This document shows, piece by piece, positions 29,717-38,829 of a DNA stretch of 64,000 nt (position 1 is its first letter; each line of letters starts with the position of its first letter). This DNA is from Spirochaetia bacterium (GTDB lineage: Bacteria; Spirochaetota; Spirochaetia; CAKZLE01). The notes beneath the pieces are model-generated. The model worked only from the letters and a program-made list of their open reading frames with translations. It was not told the DNA's origin and ran no database searches. The DNA lies in assembly GCA_963677595.1 (NCBI GenBank), contig OY782041.1, forward strand, positions 3,872,001 through 3,936,000, in the 5' to 3' direction. A program made the position numbers and the translations under genes.

Positions 29717-30643
29717 ATGAATGTTGTAGATGCAAAGAAAATCTTAGGTGATGTAATCCTCGAAGAAGGAAAGAAAAACAGTAATGTGGTAGTCGTTTCT
29801 ACCGACAGTGCAAACAGGTCTGGACTGACCGATTTCATCGACAGTTTCCCGGAACGATATTATGAGCTCGGCATCATGGAGCAGGCTGCTGTCGGTGTCT
29901 CCTCAGGTCTTGCAACTGCAGGAAAGATACCCGTGTTCGTCGCTCCTGCCATGTTCGTGACTGGACGTCCTTTCGAGTTCTTCAGGATCGACTTGGGATA
30001 CATGAAGCAGAATGCTAAGATGATCGGTAGGAACTGCGGGATCAACTACTCTGACCTCGGACCTACCCACCACGGGCTTGAGGATATCGCGCTGATCCGT
30101 CTCATCCCTGGAGTCGTCATACTAGCTCCTCAGGACGCAGGAGAACTCGAAGGAGCCCTCCATGCCATGATGGAGTATGAAGGACCGGTCTATCTAAGGG
30201 TCAGCACTGCCCCCATCGCAGAACTGTTCGAGAAGGTCCCCTTCAAGATCGGCGAGGGACGCATGATCAGGGATGGTAAAGATGTGACGATCATCACCAC
30301 CGGTGAAATCACCGCCAATGTCATGGGAGCCGTAGACATCCTCACCGAGCAGGGATACGATCCCCAGGTCATCGGTATGCCGACTGTCCAGCCGATTGAT
30401 GCAGAGATGATCAAGGCTGCTGCTGCAAAGACAGGTAAGATCGTGACGGTGGAAGAGCATTTCAAGACTGGTGGGCTTGGTTCTGCCGTTGCTGAGATCT
30501 GCAGCGAATACTGTCCGGTCCCCGTCAAGCGAATCGCCATGCCTGATGCCTATAACGGCTCCGGAACCTATAAGGACATGATCCTGAAGTTCAAACTTGA
30601 TGCCGCAGGGATTGCTGAATCTATTCAAGAATTCCTGAAATAA
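29717..30643 (+). CDS. Transketolase, C-terminal subunit
   Basis: GIMEQ, GPTHH, GPVYLR, TVEEH..GGLGSAV. Confidence 0.93.
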   Translation: MNVVDAKKILGDVILEEGKKNSNVVVVSTDSANRSGLTDFIDSFPERYYELGIMEQAAVGVSSGLATAGKIPVFVAPAMFVTGRPFEFFRIDLGYMKQNAKMIGRNCGINYSDLGPTHHGLEDIALIRLIPGVVILAPQDAGELEGALHAMMEYEGPVYLRVSTAPIAELFEKVPFKIGEGRMIRDGKDVTIITTGEITANVMGAVDILTEQGYDPQVIGMPTVQPIDAEMIKAAAAKTGKIVTVEEHFKTGGLGSAVAEICSEYCPVPVKRIAMPDAYNGSGTYKDMILKFKLDAAGIAESIQEFLK

Positions 30644-30676
30644 GCATAGACGATCACACCCATAACCATTTGCCTT

Positions 30677-30707
30677 AGCTGCAGTCCCACCCTACTGGGA
30701 CTGCAGC
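30677..30707 (+). terminator. Terminator of transketolase operon
   Basis: Perfect 13-bp stem AGCTGCAGTCCCA-cctac-TGGGACTGCAGCT. Confidence 0.75.
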
Positions 30708-30809
30708 TTCTTCATGCCACTTCAACCCACCCTCACACAATCTCTCAAACTACCAGCAGCGTGCTCCATGCTTACATCTCACTTGCATGGTGAGACGTTC
30801 TTCGGACAT

Positions 30810-30858
30810 ACTAAAGGCCAGCGTACGACGGCTTTGCCGTTCTACGCTGACCTTTAGT
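30810..30858 (-). terminator. Long hairpin downstream of Fe-ADH gene
   Basis: ACTAAAGGCCAGCGTA...TACGCTGACCTTTAGT imperfect inverted repeat. Confidence 0.6.
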
Positions 30859-30885
30859 GGTTAATCTCTATGTTTCTGGTGTTTG

Positions 30886-32013
30886 TTAGAATCGTACCTG
30901 ATAGATCATCTGTGCATCTTCTTGGGTGAAGGGGACCGGACTGTTCACCAGGAGCCGTTCCTTTGCCATCATCTCTGAGGCAAAGAGCGGTATCTCCTCC
31001 TGCTTCATGCCTAAGGCCCTGAGGAATTGCAACGGCAGGACTTTGGACAGGACCGCTTCGAACTCAAGGAAAAAATCATGTCTTGATGTTTTCACACCAA
31101 GGCGTGTCAGTGGTCTGGCCAGCGTGTCTATGAGCTGGTTCATCCTCTCGTTTTCCACACGTTGGGTATAGAGGTGGAAGACCTGGGAGAAGAACTGGTA
31201 GATCGATACTCCATGGGGTACCTTGTAGTGTTCCCCGAGCGGGTATGCCAAGGCATGGACTGGACCTGCTCCTGCATTGTTGACGGTCACCCCTCCCATG
31301 CAGCTTGCCGTCACGAAGTCCCCAAGGAGTTCCTTCCGATACTCCTCCCCGTTCAGGATGATATCAACGAAACCGTTGATGATCAGGGAACAGGCTTTCA
31401 AGGAATAGGCATCGGTAAAGGGGTTCGCCTTCGGGGACATGAAGGCCTCTGCCGCATGGGCGAGCGCATCGATCGAGCTGCTGTAGAAGATCGTGGGGGG
31501 CAGGCCCGAAAGCAGTTCAGGTATCAGGACTGAATGGTTCGCCGGCATAGCTTCATGGTTCAGGGCTGTCTTCAGGCCGGACTCTGCCATCGTGACGATA
31601 GATCCGTTGGTAACCTCGCTCCCGGTACCACAGGTCGTGGGTACTATGATAAGTCCTTTTCCCTTCACGATCGGGATCTCCCCGTTCATGATGCGCGTGA
31701 TCGGATACGGATCCTTGAGTGAAAGCAGTTTAGCGATATCGATGACCGAACCGCCGCCTATCGCTACGATCCTGCTGCAGGGAATCCCCTGCAGTTCAAG
31801 TGCTATAGCATTGACCATCTCATCAGTCGGCTCCCCGCCACCATACTCATCGCGCAGGATAAGGCTGCACTCCAGTCCAGCCTCTTTGATATACTGTTCA
31901 TAGATGATGGTCTCAGTGAAGATGAGGTCATGCCTGGAGAGCGCGAACTCCCCTGCAAACTTCTTGAAGGTTTCACATCTGTGTATCTGTGGGATAATCT
32001 GTAACTGTTTCAT
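30886..32013 (-). CDS. Iron-containing alcohol dehydrogenase, 4-hydroxybutyrate dehydrogenase-like
   Basis: GEPTDEMV, GGGSVIDIAK, VPTTCGTGSEVT, SSIDALAHAAE, GPVHALAYPLG..Y.VPHG; own promoter TTGACA-17-TACACT at 32065-32093. Confidence 0.85.
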   Translation of the reverse strand: MKQLQIIPQIHRCETFKKFAGEFALSRHDLIFTETIIYEQYIKEAGLECSLILRDEYGGGEPTDEMVNAIALELQGIPCSRIVAIGGGSVIDIAKLLSLKDPYPITRIMNGEIPIVKGKGLIIVPTTCGTGSEVTNGSIVTMAESGLKTALNHEAMPANHSVLIPELLSGLPPTIFYSSSIDALAHAAEAFMSPKANPFTDAYSLKACSLIINGFVDIILNGEEYRKELLGDFVTASCMGGVTVNNAGAGPVHALAYPLGEHYKVPHGVSIYQFFSQVFHLYTQRVENERMNQLIDTLARPLTRLGVKTSRHDFFLEFEAVLSKVLPLQFLRALGMKQEEIPLFASEMMAKERLLVNSPVPFTQEDAQMIYQVRF

Positions 32014-32146
32014 GGCATCCTTCTTGTTCTCTCATGACCGGTCAGAAGGTTTTTATCTACCAACAGTGTACCAAATAACTAGATGCATGTCAATAGAATG
32101 CTTATTTGTGATTATTTTAATGTTTATAACTGATCATAAGAACAGA

Positions 32147-32935
32147 TCAATGATAATACCCGGTATATGCATGCACCAGTTCCCTGAACTGACCGATATC
32201 ATGTCCGTAGAGTATCCGGGCAGCATGCGTTTCCTTGTATTTCAGAATCCTCTCCACAGAACGTGAATAGCCTTCTTGGTCTTCCAGAATCGCAGGGAGT
32301 ATAGGTGGGGGGCCAAGATGACGTGCAGAATAGAGCGCATCGGAAGCCAGCAGGAAACTCCCAGAGTCCTGTAACTCGATCAGGAGCCCAAGCATGCCCC
32401 AGGAATGGCCCGAGCCGAGGTTTATGACTGTCAGGCCGTCAAGTACTTGGTATTCACCATCCTGTTCGCTGACTGTTTTCCAAGTGATATCTGCTTGGAT
32501 CCAGCTCTCGATATCTGAGACAAGATGGGCCCCGAGCTCCTCGCCGGCCTCATACCGGGTCATGGTATTGCGCAGCTCGACCTCACTCACGATCACTTCT
32601 GCGTTGGGGAAGTACTTCAGGCAGCCGGCATGGTCAAGATGCAGATGAGAAGCGACCACATAGCGAATATCTTCGAGTCGGTATCCCAGCCGTTCCAGGC
32701 TGTTCGGCAGGAGCTGTGCCTCATCTGCTATATACGGGAACTGCCGGAAAGCTTCAGGCCAGTTACCTAACATGCCTTCTGGATCACAGGCAGCATCGAA
32801 AAGTACCAATCCTTCCGGATGGTCTATCAGCACGGAATAGACTGGTATGTCTATCCACTTCTCTTCACTGCCACCCGTATAGATGGTGACTTCCGGCATC
32901 CTGATGATACCATTATCGAGAACGTACATGTTCAT
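32147..32935 (-). CDS. MBL-fold lactonase, GcL/AaL/AhlS-type N-acyl-homoserine lactonase family
   Basis: YVLDNG, VLIDHPEG, DIRYVVASHLHLDHAGCL, GSGHSWGMLGL, LASDALY, YGHD, C-terminal GYY; start 32935 (alternatives 32953/32956). Confidence 0.9.
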   Translation of the reverse strand: MNMYVLDNGIIRMPEVTIYTGGSEEKWIDIPVYSVLIDHPEGLVLFDAACDPEGMLGNWPEAFRQFPYIADEAQLLPNSLERLGYRLEDIRYVVASHLHLDHAGCLKYFPNAEVIVSEVELRNTMTRYEAGEELGAHLVSDIESWIQADITWKTVSEQDGEYQVLDGLTVINLGSGHSWGMLGLLIELQDSGSFLLASDALYSARHLGPPPILPAILEDQEGYSRSVERILKYKETHAARILYGHDIGQFRELVHAYTGYYH

Positions 32936-32952
32936 GTCATCACCTTGCAGCA

Positions 32953-33918
32953 TCAATTGCCTTCGAAGAACCGCTTGGGGTTCTCCGTACTCATCTTCAT
33001 GAGCAGGTCCAGGTCCACACCCATCTCTACAAGTTTGGGGAATACAACATTATGAAGGAAGAGGAATCGTTCGGGATTGAGTCCCTTTACGTATGCCAGT
33101 GTCTCTTCGGGAAGGGTATCGAACATCGTGGAAATGGACATGAAGTCATGCGAGAGGAGCATGATGTCAGACATACCTGCATCGATCATCCGCTTGATGG
33201 TCTTGATCCGGGTCTCGGTACTGACCGCGAAGTTTCCCGGGAAGGTGATCAGGGGGAGCCTGTCCACACCGATCCAGCAGCCCTGGTCTGCTACCCACTT
33301 GATATAGTCCATATCGGTGGTTTCCAGGATATGGTCGATCTTCACGCGGCTCATATCGAGGCCTTCTTCCTGCAGTATACGAAGCTGGTGCCTGCCTGAT
33401 TCTGCCTGCGGATAGGAATGGAGCATCACCGGGGCCCCAGTCTCCTTCGCTGCGATCGCAACGGCCCGGTGGAGCAGGTCACGTGCAGGGGTAAGCCCCT
33501 CACGGTCCATGGCAGCCTTGATGATCCCGGCCTTGATCCCGGTCTCGCCTACCCCTTTCTGGACATCATCGATGAACAGTGAAGCGATCTTCTCAGCCGT
33601 GAACCTTCCCAGCGTCGGCGCGAACTCCTGCCACCAGCCGGTACAGGCCACGATATGCACACCCGTTGCCTCTGAAGCAGCCTTCAGGCGCTTCACATCA
33701 CGTCCGAGGTCGATCGGGGAAGCTTCTATGACGGACTTGATCCCGACACTCTTCATCTCGTTGAGGTCCCCAATCACCACCTCATCCACATCATCCCGAT
33801 AGAGCTGCGGATAGTTCTCCGGCACCCCTATCGAGGAGGAATAGATATGCTCATGCATCAGGGTATAGCCAAGTTCATCAGGTGTGATCGGTCCGGTGAC
33901 CGTCTGGATCATCTTCAT
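32953..33918 (-). CDS. Phosphotriesterase-like lactonase (PTE family), copy 1
   Basis: QTVTGPI, TLMHEH, GIIKAA (carboxy-Lys), MLHS, IDH, LSHD: complete binuclear site. Confidence 0.9.
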   Translation of the reverse strand: MKMIQTVTGPITPDELGYTLMHEHIYSSSIGVPENYPQLYRDDVDEVVIGDLNEMKSVGIKSVIEASPIDLGRDVKRLKAASEATGVHIVACTGWWQEFAPTLGRFTAEKIASLFIDDVQKGVGETGIKAGIIKAAMDREGLTPARDLLHRAVAIAAKETGAPVMLHSYPQAESGRHQLRILQEEGLDMSRVKIDHILETTDMDYIKWVADQGCWIGVDRLPLITFPGNFAVSTETRIKTIKRMIDAGMSDIMLLSHDFMSISTMFDTLPEETLAYVKGLNPERFLFLHNVVFPKLVEMGVDLDLLMKMSTENPKRFFEGN

Positions 33919-34027
33919 ACTTCAAGCTCCTTACGCGACCTGCCGTTGAGGCGGTCATGTGTGTTACGTGTCTACAGATCAGTGATCAGTAACGCCACGT
34001 TTGGTTTTCTGGAAGGAATTCAATTCA

Positions 34028-34061
34028 GACAAGCATAATCTCTAAAGATCATGCTTGTCAA
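34028..34061 (-). promoter_or_regulatory. Promoter of PTE-lactonase operon embedded in a 32-bp palindrome
   Basis: GACAAGCATaATCTcTAaAGATcATGCTTGTC (14 of 16 pairs match) covering TTGACA-18-TATGCT. Confidence 0.7.
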
Positions 34062-34080
34062 AACAGATTCATACTCAGTA

Positions 34081-34119
34081 AAAAAATGTTTGCGGAAAGG
34101 CCTATGCCCTCCCGCAAAC
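34081..34119 (-). terminator. Terminator after rpiB-like gene
   Basis: GTTTGCGG...CCGCAAAC stem followed by T-run on minus strand. Confidence 0.7.
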
Positions 34120-34127
34120 TACAATCA

Positions 34128-34601
34128 CTACTTGAAGACTGCCCCTTCGTATCCGTCCCACATGGCTGCTCCGTCCTTGATCCGTTTGACTCTGAATTCA
34201 GGGAGTCCTTCTCCCCATTTGGTCTGGATGAAAACATCTGCCATCTCGCATGCCATCCTGAGACTGATAGTGGTTCCGCCTAATGCAAGTATATTCGCAT
34301 CATTCACGATCCGGCTGTCACGTGCAGCCCATACGCTCTCTACTCGGGCACATCGTGCGCCTTTGTTCTTGTTCGCCGCGATGCTGATACCGATTCCGGT
34401 ACCGCAAACGACGATCCCGAGTTCTGCTGCATCTGATGTAACTGCCTCTGCAACATTCCGGGCTACATCCATGTACATCACTGGATTGTCAGGATCTGTG
34501 GTCCCGAGGTCAGCAACATCATGTCCCTGTTCAACAAGGTGTTTCTTCAAATCTCCGATCAGTCCGAAACCGCCGGGATCTGCTCCAATCGCTAATTTCA
34601 T
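34128..34601 (-). CDS. RpiB/LacA/LacB family sugar isomerase (non-canonical)
   Basis: CGTGIGISIAANK, NDANILALG; GADPGG in place of GSDHAG. Confidence 0.88.
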   Translation of the reverse strand: MKLAIGADPGGFGLIGDLKKHLVEQGHDVADLGTTDPDNPVMYMDVARNVAEAVTSDAAELGIVVCGTGIGISIAANKNKGARCARVESVWAARDSRIVNDANILALGGTTISLRMACEMADVFIQTKWGEGLPEFRVKRIKDGAAMWDGYEGAVFK

Positions 34602-34663
34602 TTCTTACCTCCATTATTAGTTATTATCATACAACTGCGAATACATCCGATTCGTTCTCTCTC

Positions 34664-35974
34664 CTACATCATTCCCGTGATCCTCGGAAGCCACTCGACG
34701 ATCCCCGGAACCAATAGCAGCAGGATAAGGTGTGCCGCATCCGCTATGAGGAAGGGTGCGATACCCTTGAAGACCCTCGAAAGCGGCACATCCTTATAGA
34801 GCCCCTTCAGGAAGAAGGCCGTCATGCCCATAGGCGGGGTGAGCCCCCCGATATCACCCATACGTACCATGACGACGCCGAACCATACAGCCGAGAACCC
34901 GCAGGCCTGTACGATCGGCAGGAAGATACCGACGGTAAGCAATACCATCGACATGACTTCAACAACACAACCTAATGCGATATAGATCATCATGATGATG
35001 ACCATCAGCAGCATCGTCGGGAACTGCATGGCCATGACTGTGTCAGAAAGCCAGAACGGCAAACCGCTTACGGCGATCATCTGCTTCAGCACGTTTGCGC
35101 CAACGATGAGAAAGTAGATCATCCCGATCATCTTCGCTGAAGAGATCATTACTTGTTTCAGCTTCTCACGATCGAGTCTTCTTTTCAGCAGTGCCAGGAT
35201 GAACGCACCTAATGCACCGATGGATCCAGCCTCTGTGGGGGTGAACCAACCTGCGAATAGTCCTCCAAGCACGAGGATGACGATGAGGATGATCCCAAGG
35301 CTTCCCGGGAGGGACTTGATCTTCTCCTCCATCGAGGTTTTCGGTCCACGCGGTCCATAACTCGGGTTTATCTTGCAGTTGATCGCGATGACGATCATAT
35401 AGAATACCGCAAGGATCAAACCGGGAATAATACCAGCGATCAGGAGCGTACCGATTGAAGTACCTGAGATCATACCGTAAATAATGAACATGGCACTCGG
35501 TGGTATAAGGTCTCCCAACTCACTTCCTGCCGCGACCGACCCGATCGCGAGTTCCGTCGAGTACTTGTACTTCCTCATCTGCGGGATGGCGATCGCCCCG
35601 ATACTCACGATAGCTGCCCAGGGGAACGCAGTAACAGCCGCAAAGACTGCACAGGCACCGATAGTCGCGATCGCCAAGCCTCCAGGGATCTGGCCGAGCC
35701 AGGTCGAAGCAGTCTTGTAGAGGTCAGAACCCATCTCCGAGACCGTGATGATCTGAGCCATGAGGATGAACATCGGCAATACTGCGAAGTCATAACTCGA
35801 TACGACCGAGAATACGTTCGTTCCAAGGACAGTGATCGCTCCCCTCCAGCTCGTCATCAGGACTAACCCGATGAATCCAGTGGTCAGCATAGAGAAACCG
35901 ATCTTTACACCCATCATGGAAAGGATGAAGAAAGCTGCTATACAGATCAGCCCGATAGCAATAGCACTAGTCAT
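34664..35974 (-). CDS. dctM: TRAP transporter large permease (DctM)
   Basis: About 12 TM segments, LPMFILM, LIPPS, FTPTEA, GLTPPMG. Confidence 0.92.
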   Translation of the reverse strand: MTSAIAIGLICIAAFFILSMMGVKIGFSMLTTGFIGLVLMTSWRGAITVLGTNVFSVVSSYDFAVLPMFILMAQIITVSEMGSDLYKTASTWLGQIPGGLAIATIGACAVFAAVTAFPWAAIVSIGAIAIPQMRKYKYSTELAIGSVAAGSELGDLIPPSAMFIIYGMISGTSIGTLLIAGIIPGLILAVFYMIVIAINCKINPSYGPRGPKTSMEEKIKSLPGSLGIILIVILVLGGLFAGWFTPTEAGSIGALGAFILALLKRRLDREKLKQVMISSAKMIGMIYFLIVGANVLKQMIAVSGLPFWLSDTVMAMQFPTMLLMVIIMMIYIALGCVVEVMSMVLLTVGIFLPIVQACGFSAVWFGVVMVRMGDIGGLTPPMGMTAFFLKGLYKDVPLSRVFKGIAPFLIADAAHLILLLLVPGIVEWLPRITGMM

Positions 35975-36536
35975 TATTCTGCTCCTCTCCTCCAAGTAGA
36001 ACTATGGAATCGTCTTGTTCATCGAATATCGTCGCGACTTCTTTTCCCATCGCCAGCCTGATAAAATCTACTGTCTCGATGATTATGGCAAGGGCCAGAA
36101 GAACCAGGCCGAAGACCCAGACCCACCGAAAGATCCAGGTAGGGAGATTCCCGGAGAGCGTCTTCTCGAAAACCAGGGTCTTCGTATAGGCATACTTCCC
36201 GCCTGCATAGATCATCATGAAGATAATACCGATACTGATGAGCCCTGATATTGACTCACTTACCTTCCTCATACCGGATGGCATCTTTCCAAGGACTAAA
36301 TCCATTACAGTATGGTCCTGAAGCAATGCACAATATGGAATAGCAAGAGATGCCGCAAAGGCTGCAGAAAGACCTGCAAGGTCATAGATATAACGCATAG
36401 CCAGGCCGAACGGCCTGATAAAGATATTGATCACCATGAAGGTGGTACCCACGATCAGCGCGACACCTGCGATGATGCCCAGCAGATTGGCTATGGTCTT
36501 AGTCCACTTGATCTTCAACCTGTCATATTCACCCAT
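35967..36536 (-). CDS. dctQ: TRAP transporter small permease (DctQ)
   Basis: Four TM segments, HTVMDLV motif, located between dctP and dctM. Confidence 0.85.
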   Translation of the reverse strand: MGEYDRLKIKWTKTIANLLGIIAGVALIVGTTFMVINIFIRPFGLAMRYIYDLAGLSAAFAASLAIPYCALLQDHTVMDLVLGKMPSGMRKVSESISGLISIGIIFMMIYAGGKYAYTKTLVFEKTLSGNLPTWIFRWVWVFGLVLLALAIIIETVDFIRLAMGKEVATIFDEQDDSIVLLGGEEQNND

Positions 36537-36593
36537 AAGCCTTCTTCCTCCAAAGAAAAACTGTAAACTAGGACGCTAAACTTTAGACATTCA

Positions 36594-36630
36594 ACAATAC
36601 AGGACCTGCTCATGCAGGATCCTGTATTGT
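36594..36630 (-). terminator. Intra-operon stem-loop after dctP
   Basis: ACAATACAGGA-CCTGC tcat GCAGG-a-TCCTGTATTGT. Confidence 0.65.
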
Positions 36631-36652
36631 GATTTAAAGTATTTAGCGATTC

Positions 36653-37699
36653 TTAATTATACTTAGCAGAATATTCTGCCACTGCCTTCACGAAGGCAGT
36701 ACCGGGAAGCCCCTGTGCATCAAGTTCTTTAGCAACCTTCAGGTTTGCATTCATGAGAACTTGGTTGAACTCAGCAGCTGCTGCTGCATCAGGATAGATC
36801 GCTGTTGTCCCATGATTCTCAACTGCCCAGTCCAATGCAGATGCCTCTGAAGCCTGGAAACCCTTAGCATTCTCAGCCTCCACGAAGGAAGCCTGGCTGT
36901 TGATGATATCCTTGATGTCATCCGGAAGAGCGTTCCAAGAGTCCTTGTTGATTATATGTCCAGGACCGGTAGCATATGCGATATTGACCATGTTCACATA
37001 CTTACATACTTCAGCGAAATTACATGACTGTAATGTCTCGGTCGGGATCATCATACCGTCGAAGAGGTTTTTCTGCAGTGAGCTGTAGACCTCTGGGAAG
37101 GGTGCGTTGATCGGGGTTGCGCCACAGTCGAGCACGAACTGATTGAAGTCAGCCTCACACCAGATCTGCATACCCTTCATGTCAGCAACCTTGGTGATAG
37201 GTTTATTGACTGAAAGGATCTGGTATACCGTACCACCGTTGAATGCCTGGGCTGGTACATATACATCCTTGAACTCATCTCTAAGTTCCGGGAAACCGTT
37301 CCACAGATCATAGGAGACATCTGCTTCATGACCTACCGGTACACCTGTCGTGATTGCTTTCCAGTGCTCGGAGAGAACAAAACCTGAAGAAGCAAATCGG
37401 TGGACATCCGCGATATCAGCGATGCCGTCTACGAGCTGCTCATAGGCATTGAGGCTGTCTACCAGAGTGTCATCATAGTAAAATGTGAATGTGAGCCTGC
37501 CGTCAGTCTCATCAGTGATCTTCTGTGCCCAAGCTCTCCATGCAGCTGACATGAAGTTGTTCTCGCTGATGGCAAGACTGAATTTCCAATTGATCGGTTT
37601 GTCGCTTGCGGTCTCACTCTGTCCACCTGCGAATGCACTGACTGCCCCAAAGAGCAGCAACGAAATGACCAGGATCGAAATGATTTTTCTCATACTCAT
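36653..37699 (-). CDS. dctP: TRAP transporter substrate-binding protein (DctP)
   Basis: Spirochete-type signal (SAFAGGQSE), GATPINAPFPEVYSSLQ, INKDSWNALPDD. Confidence 0.9.
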   Translation of the reverse strand: MSMRKIISILVISLLLFGAVSAFAGGQSETASDKPINWKFSLAISENNFMSAAWRAWAQKITDETDGRLTFTFYYDDTLVDSLNAYEQLVDGIADIADVHRFASSGFVLSEHWKAITTGVPVGHEADVSYDLWNGFPELRDEFKDVYVPAQAFNGGTVYQILSVNKPITKVADMKGMQIWCEADFNQFVLDCGATPINAPFPEVYSSLQKNLFDGMMIPTETLQSCNFAEVCKYVNMVNIAYATGPGHIINKDSWNALPDDIKDIINSQASFVEAENAKGFQASEASALDWAVENHGTTAIYPDAAAAAEFNQVLMNANLKVAKELDAQGLPGTAFVKAVAEYSAKYN

Positions 37700-38538
37700 A
37701 CCTTCCTTTTAAATATGTTCCTAATCGCGGCACAGTCTTCTGCAGCTATCTGCATGAAGTCCCCGCCTTGATTTATAGGTTCCGCGTAATAGTAGCTCTC
37801 TGATATGACCCAGCCGTCAAACCCGGTGGCCAGGACGATATCAGCGGACTCCTGTATCCTTGAATCACCCTTTCCCATCAGGATCGGGGCAGGACGACCG
37901 ATGAGGAACTCTTCCCTCCTCGTGTCCTTCACATGGTAGTGGTCGATGATCTCAGGATCTGTCGCCATCATGTCTGCGAGCATCTCAGGCGCCTCCCCGG
38001 AATCGTAGATGTAGGGGTTGCAGGTATCGAAACAGACCTTCAGCCCGGTACCGGTGCGCTCCCGCATCCTGAAGATATCGTCGTTCGAGAGATTGGACTC
38101 GAACGCGATGACGATCCCCTTCTCTGCACCCAGCGAGCAGGCATAGGAGAGGTTATCGGCCACATTGCGGAAGACTTCCTCATCCCCTGCTCCGATGAAG
38201 CCCGAGATCATCACGACCGGGACCTTCATGTCCACTGCGGCTGTAACGGCAGAAAGGATATCCATGCGGGCACGATCAGAATCAGGGGTGCCTTTTGACG
38301 CATAGATCGTCTTCTCCTGGTACATCGTCCTGGTATGGATGGAGTGGAAGCTCACCCCGGCAGTTTCAGCTGCCTGGAGGTACTCCTGCTGCACACGCCG
38401 ATGGTTCAGGGGATATGCCATCTTCTTGCCGCCGCAGTCCCCGAGCTGGAGACCGTCAAACCCGATCTCAGCTGCCAGCCTGACAGCAAAGGGCCCCGTC
38501 ATGGGAAGTGCCCATTCACAAACGCCTATCTGTATCAT
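37696..38538 (-). CDS. Sugar phosphate isomerase/epimerase (AP-endonuclease-2 TIM barrel)
   Basis: GFDGLQL, IAFES, VCFDTCN, HYHVKD, GFDGWVISE; promoter TTGACA-16-TATAAT at 38650-38677. Confidence 0.85.
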   Translation of the reverse strand: MIQIGVCEWALPMTGPFAVRLAAEIGFDGLQLGDCGGKKMAYPLNHRRVQQEYLQAAETAGVSFHSIHTRTMYQEKTIYASKGTPDSDRARMDILSAVTAAVDMKVPVVMISGFIGAGDEEVFRNVADNLSYACSLGAEKGIVIAFESNLSNDDIFRMRERTGTGLKVCFDTCNPYIYDSGEAPEMLADMMATDPEIIDHYHVKDTRREEFLIGRPAPILMGKGDSRIQESADIVLATGFDGWVISESYYYAEPINQGGDFMQIAAEDCAAIRNIFKRKV

Positions 38539-38771
38539 TCTCTATCCCCTGGGGCGTAAAAAGAACCATACTGAATATTTTAATACTTTTCATGTTTCTT
38601 TTTTCGCTTGTTTGTTATCACTATGTGTATATTTATGATTACAATATTAATTATACACTGCTTTCATGCGTTGTCAAACTAAAAAACTATTTTATGATCA
38701 CTTATTTTTACCCTTGTGATAGCTTTTGCTTACAAATACACACTCCTACAGAATGCGTAGCAATGGGGTAC

Positions 38772-38810
38772 AAAAAAAATGCATCATCCCGCCATGGAAC
38801 GATGCATCTT
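38772..38810 (-). terminator. Terminator of ABC operon 1
   Basis: ATGCATC...GATGCAT stem followed by T8 on minus strand. Confidence 0.65.
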
Positions 38811-38829
38811 TGTGATTAGTAAGGATGGA

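Noticed and set aside
32953-33918. Organophosphate hydrolase (opd) call for the PTE genes
   Set aside because: No signal peptide or mobile opd context; the neighbourhood points to lactonase-type PTE homologues.
28876-34601. Assignment as the known sulfoquinovose sulfo-TK, apiose or AI-2 (lsr) pathway
   Set aside because: No sulfoquinovosidase or SQ isomerase, no apiose isomerase or kinase, and no LsrK/LsrF/LsrG are recognisable. Used only as analogies.
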